Assembly: GCA_947089905.1 (NCBI GenBank)
Contig: CAMUMG010000003.1
Coordinates: 206,442 to 270,441, forward strand
DNA from: an uncultured Lachnospiraceae bacterium
Lineage (GTDB): Bacteria; Bacillota; Clostridia; Lachnospirales; Lachnospiraceae
DNA: 64,000 bases
Direction: 5' to 3'
Made by a program: the position numbers and the translations under genes. Shown piece after piece: positions 59,496 through 64,000 of this stretch. The number at the start of each line of letters is the position of its first letter. Position 1 is the stretch's first letter. The notes beneath the pieces are model-generated. The model ran no database searches. It saw only the letters and a program-made list of their open reading frames with translations, and had not been told where the DNA came from.

Positions 59496-60776
59496 TTGGA
59501 CCCCAGTGTCGCCACAAAGTTAATCATTTTACTTTTTCTGTTGCTTTTATCTGGATTTTTTTCTTCTGCAGAAACTTCACTTACCACTCTAAATAAACTT
59601 CGTATCCGAAGTATGGTTGAAGAGGGAGTAAAGGGTGCAGCTACTGTCAGCAAACTAATTGAGGATCCGTCAAAGATGTTAAGTGCAATTTTGATCGGTA
59701 ATAATGTTGTCAATTTGTCGGCCTCTTCTTTAACAACTTCTCTTTCGATTGCAATTTGGGGAAATACTGCTGCTGGTATTGCAACTGGTATTCTTACACT
59801 ACTCATTTTAATTTTTGGAGAAATTACACCAAAGACACTTGCTACAATTTATTCTGAAAGATTGGCATTTGCTTTTGCACCAGTGATCTATCTATTGACT
59901 AAAGTGTTGACACCTGTTATTTATATTGTAAATAAACTTTCTACTGGTGTTATGTTTCTATTCCATATTAATCCAAATGAAAAGCATACTACAATGACAG
60001 AAAATGAACTTCGTACTATTGTAGATGTCAGTCATGAAGAAGGCGTAATTGAGAGTGAAGAGCGTAAAATGATTACGAATGTAGTGGATTTTGGAGATTC
60101 TCTTGCAAAAGATATTATGATTCCAAGAATCGATATGGCTTTTGCAAGTTCTGATATGACTTATGATGAACTGTTAGAAACTTTTCGAAAGGAACGTTAT
60201 ACCCGACTTCCAGTTTATCAAGATACCAGAGATAATGTAATTGGAATTATCAACTTAAAGGATTTATTTTTTTATTCTGATGCAAAAGACTCTTTTCATA
60301 TAAAGGACTTTTTACGTACTCCTTATTTTACTTATGAATTTAAAAAAACTTCCGAACTTCTCAATGAAATTCGGAAAGAATCGTTTTCTATGGTTATTGT
60401 CCTAGATGAATATGGTGCAACTGCTGGATTAATCACTCTTGAAGATCTTGTAGAAGAAATTGTCGGAGAAATTCGAGATGAATATGATGATGATGAGGTC
60501 GATGTTGTTCGTCGAATTGGGCCAAATGAATATATGGCAGAAGGATCGGCAAAGTTGGAAGAAATTAATGAAGTAGTTGGGCTTAATTTAGAATCCGATG
60601 ATTACGACTCAATCGCTGGACATATTATTCATCTTTTAGATCATCTTCCTGTACAGGGTGAACAGATTACAGATGAACATGTCACTTTTCAGGTTATGTC
60701 TGTAAAAAAGAACCGAATTAACAAGGTACATATTCTTGTAGAAGAGGTTTCAGAAGACGATAATTTAGAAGTGTAA
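59496..60776 (+). CDS. CNNM/CorC-HlyC-family membrane protein (DUF21 TM domain, CBS pair, CorC_HlyC domain)
   Basis: The track ORF starts at ATG 59487, but that ATG abuts the AGGAG. The TTG at 59496 has 9-nt spacing. CBS pair and C-terminal transporter-associated domain are recognisable. Confidence 0.8.
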   Translation: MDPSVATKLIILLFLLLLSGFFSSAETSLTTLNKLRIRSMVEEGVKGAATVSKLIEDPSKMLSAILIGNNVVNLSASSLTTSLSIAIWGNTAAGIATGILTLLILIFGEITPKTLATIYSERLAFAFAPVIYLLTKVLTPVIYIVNKLSTGVMFLFHINPNEKHTTMTENELRTIVDVSHEEGVIESEERKMITNVVDFGDSLAKDIMIPRIDMAFASSDMTYDELLETFRKERYTRLPVYQDTRDNVIGIINLKDLFFYSDAKDSFHIKDFLRTPYFTYEFKKTSELLNEIRKESFSMVIVLDEYGATAGLITLEDLVEEIVGEIRDEYDDDEVDVVRRIGPNEYMAEGSAKLEEINEVVGLNLESDDYDSIAGHIIHLLDHLPVQGEQITDEHVTFQVMSVKKNRINKVHILVEEVSEDDNLEV

Positions 60777-60780
60777 AAAA

Positions 60781-60811
60781 GTGTTGGGCACTAAAAATTA
60801 GTGCCCAACAC
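60781..60811. terminator. Bidirectional terminator between the CNNM-type gene and the feo operon
   Basis: Perfect 11-bp stem GTGTTGGGCAC / GTGCCCAACAC, with an A6 run before and a T7 run after. Confidence 0.8.
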
Positions 60812-60816
60812 TTTTT

Positions 60817-60951
60817 TTATTGACATCCTTTACAATTTTTACAATTTCCTCCACATTGAATTGATTTTCCTTCTCGTTTTTGATGTAACATATCCTTTAT
60901 AATGAAAAATACGATTCCTCCTACGATTAATCCTATTATCATTGTTCCCAT
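60817..60951 (-). CDS. FeoB-associated Cys-rich small membrane protein
   Basis: Not in the ORF track (44 aa). Own translation: MGTMIIGLIVGGIVFFIIKDMLHQKREGKSIQCGGNCKNCKGCQ. GGGGAG RBS. Lies 16 nt downstream of feoB. Confidence 0.7.
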   Translation of the reverse strand: MGTMIIGLIVGGIVFFIIKDMLHQKREGKSIQCGGNCKNCKGCQ

Positions 60952-60966
60952 ATAATCTCCCCTTTA

Positions 60967-63357
60967 TCATTTTATTGTCATACGATTAATCCTTAATTTC
61001 ATGGTTTCTCTTTCTTTATTTTGTCGAAGTAATAAATATAAAAATCCAGAAGTGAATAGTATCGCCATTACAGTTCCAATTCCAAAACTTTTTGTTGTAA
61101 AGAAGACAGTAAATTGATAAATACAAAGGGATACAATATAAGCAAGTATTGTCTGATAACTAATTGCAAACCAAAACCATCTGCGATTATTCATTTCTCT
61201 TTTTATTGCTCCCATTGCTGCAAAGCAAGGAGCACAAAGTAAATTAAAAACAAGAAAAGAATATGCTGATACTGCACTCATACTTTCAGCTAAAGTCCCC
61301 CAGATTTCTGCTCCATCTTCTGATACTTCTGCAAATCCATATAATATTCCAAACGTTCCAACTACATTTTCTTTTGCAATTAAACCAGTAACCGCGGCAA
61401 CTGTGGATCTCCATTCACCCCAGCCAAGTGGCGTAAAAATTGGTACAATCACATTTCCAATAGAAGCAAGAATACTATTATCTAATTCTTCAGCCTTTAA
61501 CATTTTAAACTGTCCGTCTATCCATCCAAAACGCATTAAAAACCAAAGTATAATAGTCGATAACAAAATAATCGTTCCTGCTTTTTTAATAAATGACCAC
61601 CCACGTTCCCACATACTTCGAAGCACATTACCGGCAGTCGGCATATGATAAGCTGGAAGTTCCATAACAAACGGAGCTGGATCTCCTGCAAATAATTTGG
61701 TTTTCTTTAAAATAATTCCTGAGCAGATAATTGCTGCAATTCCAACAAAATAAGCACTTGGAGCTACCCACCATGCACCGTTAAATAAAGCTCCTGCAAT
61801 TAAAGCAATAATCGGAAGTTTTGCCCCACATGGGATAAAGGTTGTTGTCATAATTGTCATTTTGCGATCTCTGTCATTTTCAATGGTACGAGAAGCCATA
61901 ATTCCTGGCACACCACAACCACTTCCAATTAGCATAGGGATAAATGATTTTCCAGAAAGTCCAAACTTACGAAAAATACGATCCATAATAAATGCGATTC
62001 TTGCCATATACCCACAGGCTTCTAAAAATGCCAAAAAGAGAAATAAGACTAACATTTGAGGAACAAAGCCCAAAACTGCACCAACACCCGCTATAATTCC
62101 ATCTAAAATCAGTCCACTAAGCCAGTCAGCACAGTGAATTGCCTCAAGTCCATTTCTAATCAAAACTGGAATTCCCAAAATCCATGCTCCAAATTCACTT
62201 GAATCTGGTTCTCCTTTTTCTAAATCTTCTGCTGCCTGCTGTAAAATGGTATCTGTCAAAGTTACAGTTTCTATCACTTCTCCTTCTTCATCACAAATAT
62301 CGACAGTTGTTATTGTATTATCTTCTTCTAATGCTTCTACAATCTGTTCTGCTTTTGTATATTCTTTTTCCGCTTTTTCATAGGCAGAAGATCCAATACC
62401 TAAAAAGTGCCAGCCATCTCCAAAAACTTTATCATTTGCCCAATCTGTTGCCCATGTTCCCACTGTAGTTACTGAAATAAAGTAGACCAAAAACATCACT
62501 GCTGCAAAAATTGGAAGTGCCAGCCATCTGTTTGTTACAATACGATCAATTTTATCAGAAATACTAATAGCATTTTTCTTACTTTTTGTACGACATTCTT
62601 CTATAATAGAAGAAATATACACATATCGTTCATTTGTAATAATACTTTCTGTATCATCATCAAATTTTTCTTCTAATTCTTTTATTTCTTTTGTAGTATC
62701 AGGAATCTGCTTTATTTGTTCTTTTATCTTACTGTCTTTTTCAAGAAGCTTAATGGCAAAAAAGCGTTTTTGTTCCTCTAAAATATCTTCTGGTAGCTTT
62801 TCTTGTACTGATTCAATGATCTCTTCTACTTCTTTTGTAAAAGTATGCACTGGTAAAAAAGAATTTTTTTGCTTTGCTAATGTAACAATACTTTCTGCTG
62901 CCTGTGAAATACCTGTTCCTTTCAGTGCAGAAATTTTTACTACTTTGCAGCCTAATTTCTTACTGAGTTTATCAATATGTATCTGATCTCCTGTCTTTTC
63001 TACAATGTCTATCATATTGACTGCCATTACAACTGGAATTCCCAGCTCTAAAAGCTGAGTAGAAAGATAGAGATTTCGTTCTAAATTCGTTCCGTCTACT
63101 ATGTTTAAGACTGCATCTGGTTTTTCTGAAATTAAATAATTTCTCGCAACTACTTCTTCTAAGGTATATGGAGAAAGGGAATAAATACCCGGCAGATCTA
63201 TTAAAATAATATCTTTTTCTCCTTTTAATCTGCCCTCTTTTTTTTCTACCGTAACGCCCGGCCAGTTTCCAACAAACTGGTTTGCACCTGTTAAAGCATT
63301 AAATAATGTGGTTTTTCCGCAGTTTGGATTTCCCGCTAATGCTATTTTAATCGCCAT
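60967..63357 (-). CDS. feoB: Ferrous iron transporter FeoB
   Basis: 796 aa. N-terminal G-domain (GNPNCGKTT, DLPG), then a polytopic membrane domain. Confidence 0.93.
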   Translation of the reverse strand: MAIKIALAGNPNCGKTTLFNALTGANQFVGNWPGVTVEKKEGRLKGEKDIILIDLPGIYSLSPYTLEEVVARNYLISEKPDAVLNIVDGTNLERNLYLSTQLLELGIPVVMAVNMIDIVEKTGDQIHIDKLSKKLGCKVVKISALKGTGISQAAESIVTLAKQKNSFLPVHTFTKEVEEIIESVQEKLPEDILEEQKRFFAIKLLEKDSKIKEQIKQIPDTTKEIKELEEKFDDDTESIITNERYVYISSIIEECRTKSKKNAISISDKIDRIVTNRWLALPIFAAVMFLVYFISVTTVGTWATDWANDKVFGDGWHFLGIGSSAYEKAEKEYTKAEQIVEALEEDNTITTVDICDEEGEVIETVTLTDTILQQAAEDLEKGEPDSSEFGAWILGIPVLIRNGLEAIHCADWLSGLILDGIIAGVGAVLGFVPQMLVLFLFLAFLEACGYMARIAFIMDRIFRKFGLSGKSFIPMLIGSGCGVPGIMASRTIENDRDRKMTIMTTTFIPCGAKLPIIALIAGALFNGAWWVAPSAYFVGIAAIICSGIILKKTKLFAGDPAPFVMELPAYHMPTAGNVLRSMWERGWSFIKKAGTIILLSTIILWFLMRFGWIDGQFKMLKAEELDNSILASIGNVIVPIFTPLGWGEWRSTVAAVTGLIAKENVVGTFGILYGFAEVSEDGAEIWGTLAESMSAVSAYSFLVFNLLCAPCFAAMGAIKREMNNRRWFWFAISYQTILAYIVSLCIYQFTVFFTTKSFGIGTVMAILFTSGFLYLLLRQNKERETMKLRINRMTIK

Positions 63358-63360
63358 ACT

Positions 63361-63585
63361 CTACTCCTCTACTTCAATCATTTCTGCATCTGCTTTTCGA
63401 ATTGAAAGTTCATATCCCCGAACAGTAATTTCAATGGGATCTCCAAGTGGTGCAACTTTTCTTACAAATACAGGGATGCCTTTTGTAATTCCCATATCCA
63501 TAATTCTTCGTTTAACAGGTCCTTCTCCATTGAGCCGCTTTACTTTTACTGTCTTCCCGCAGGCAATTTCTTTTAATGTCTTCAA
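63361..63585 (-). CDS. feoA: FeoA-family protein
   Basis: 74 aa, SH3-like FeoA (RRIMDMGITKGIPV...PLGDPIEI). Confidence 0.85.
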   Translation of the reverse strand: MKTLKEIACGKTVKVKRLNGEGPVKRRIMDMGITKGIPVFVRKVAPLGDPIEITVRGYELSIRKADAEMIEVEE

Positions 63586-63609
63586 ATCAATTTCCTCCCC
63601 TTTTCTATA

Positions 63610-63819
63610 TTAAACAATAATCTTACTTGCCATATCCTTTCCAATGGCAATCCTAGAATCTTTTATGTTGACAATTAAATTTCCTCCGATTGCCGATATT
63701 ACAATTACACTCCCTCCAATAATAAAACCTAGACTTTCTAAAAATTTTTTCGTTTCCTCTTTTCCTCCTACTCGCTTAATTATATTTGTTTCTCCTTGTT
63801 TTGCTAAAGTTAATGGCAT
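63610..63819 (-). CDS. feoA: FeoA-family protein (second copy)
   Basis: 69 aa. LESLGFIIGGSV...GNLIVNIKDSRIAI. Confidence 0.8.
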   Translation of the reverse strand: MPLTLAKQGETNIIKRVGGKEETKKFLESLGFIIGGSVIVISAIGGNLIVNIKDSRIAIGKDMASKIIV

Positions 63820-63853
63820 CCTCCTTCACCCTCCTTGTATTATTCTATTGGTT

Positions 63854-63882
63854 AGTATATTCTAACTCAAAATAATTGTCAA
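63854..63882 (-). promoter_or_regulatory. Putative sigma-A promoter of the feo operon
   Basis: Minus strand: TTGACA (63882-63877), 17 nt, TATACT (63859-63854). Confidence 0.5.
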
Positions 63883-63887
63883 TAGAT

Positions 63888-63906
63888 GATATTGATAATC
63901 TTTATC
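63888..63906. promoter_or_regulatory. Fur box
   Basis: GATATTGATAATCTTTATC matches the classical GATAATGATAATCATTATC at 17 of 19 positions. A second, weaker 7-1-7-like site, TTGACAATTATTTTGA, overlaps the -35 element (63867-63882). Confidence 0.65.
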
Positions 63907-64000
63907 AATAAAGAATCATTAAGAATAAAAGGAAAAAAGAGCAAGAATATCAGAAAAGAATTACTGTCTTTTAAATAGAGGTTATGTTATACTTAGAAAA

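Noticed and set aside
59480-59806. 108-aa minus-strand ORF
   Set aside because: It is antisense to the TM domain of the CNNM/CorC-type gene.

Overview
Low-GC (roughly one third G+C by eye) chromosomal segment of a Firmicutes/Clostridia bacterium. The gene content and the surface proteins (SH3b, Big_2, cadherin-like) look Lachnospiraceae-like, but the taxon is an inference. About 60 genes are present and almost all are on the minus strand. I saw no rRNA, tRNA, CRISPR array, transposase, integrase or recognisable defence genes, so this reads as core genome rather than an island.

Main gene blocks:
- hprK-glcK-murB-rapZ-whiA/crh
- an orphan MCP gene, then glmS
- galM, csp
- an M14 peptidase, beta-propeller, SBP and permease block
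- radA, and mcsA-mcsB-clpC headed by a GntR-type regulator
- a very large SH3b-repeat glucosaminidase with a cohesin/cadherin-like partner
- purM-purN-purD and purE, separated by an araC/abfA pair
- a T-box-controlled pheST
- an sdpR/sdpI-like pair, an orphan RHH gene and an ABC exporter
- a SufCD-like pair
- a zinc-ribbon / DUF5685-like / J-protein trio
- a CNNM/CorC-type gene
- feoA-feoA-feoB with Fur boxes

Nothing amounts to a clear new system. The best candidates for follow-up:
1. An in-frame whiA-crh fusion whose HPr module has Glu at the His15 position.
2. The J-domain protein with a cysteine-string-like tail and its two partners.
3. A GntR regulator where ctsR normally sits.
4. A lipoprotein SBP whose two lobes are in swapped order.
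5. A perfect 30-bp palindrome in front of the ABC exporter.
6. A shared-core family of terminator hairpins.

All family calls rest on motif recognition from memory. No searches were run.
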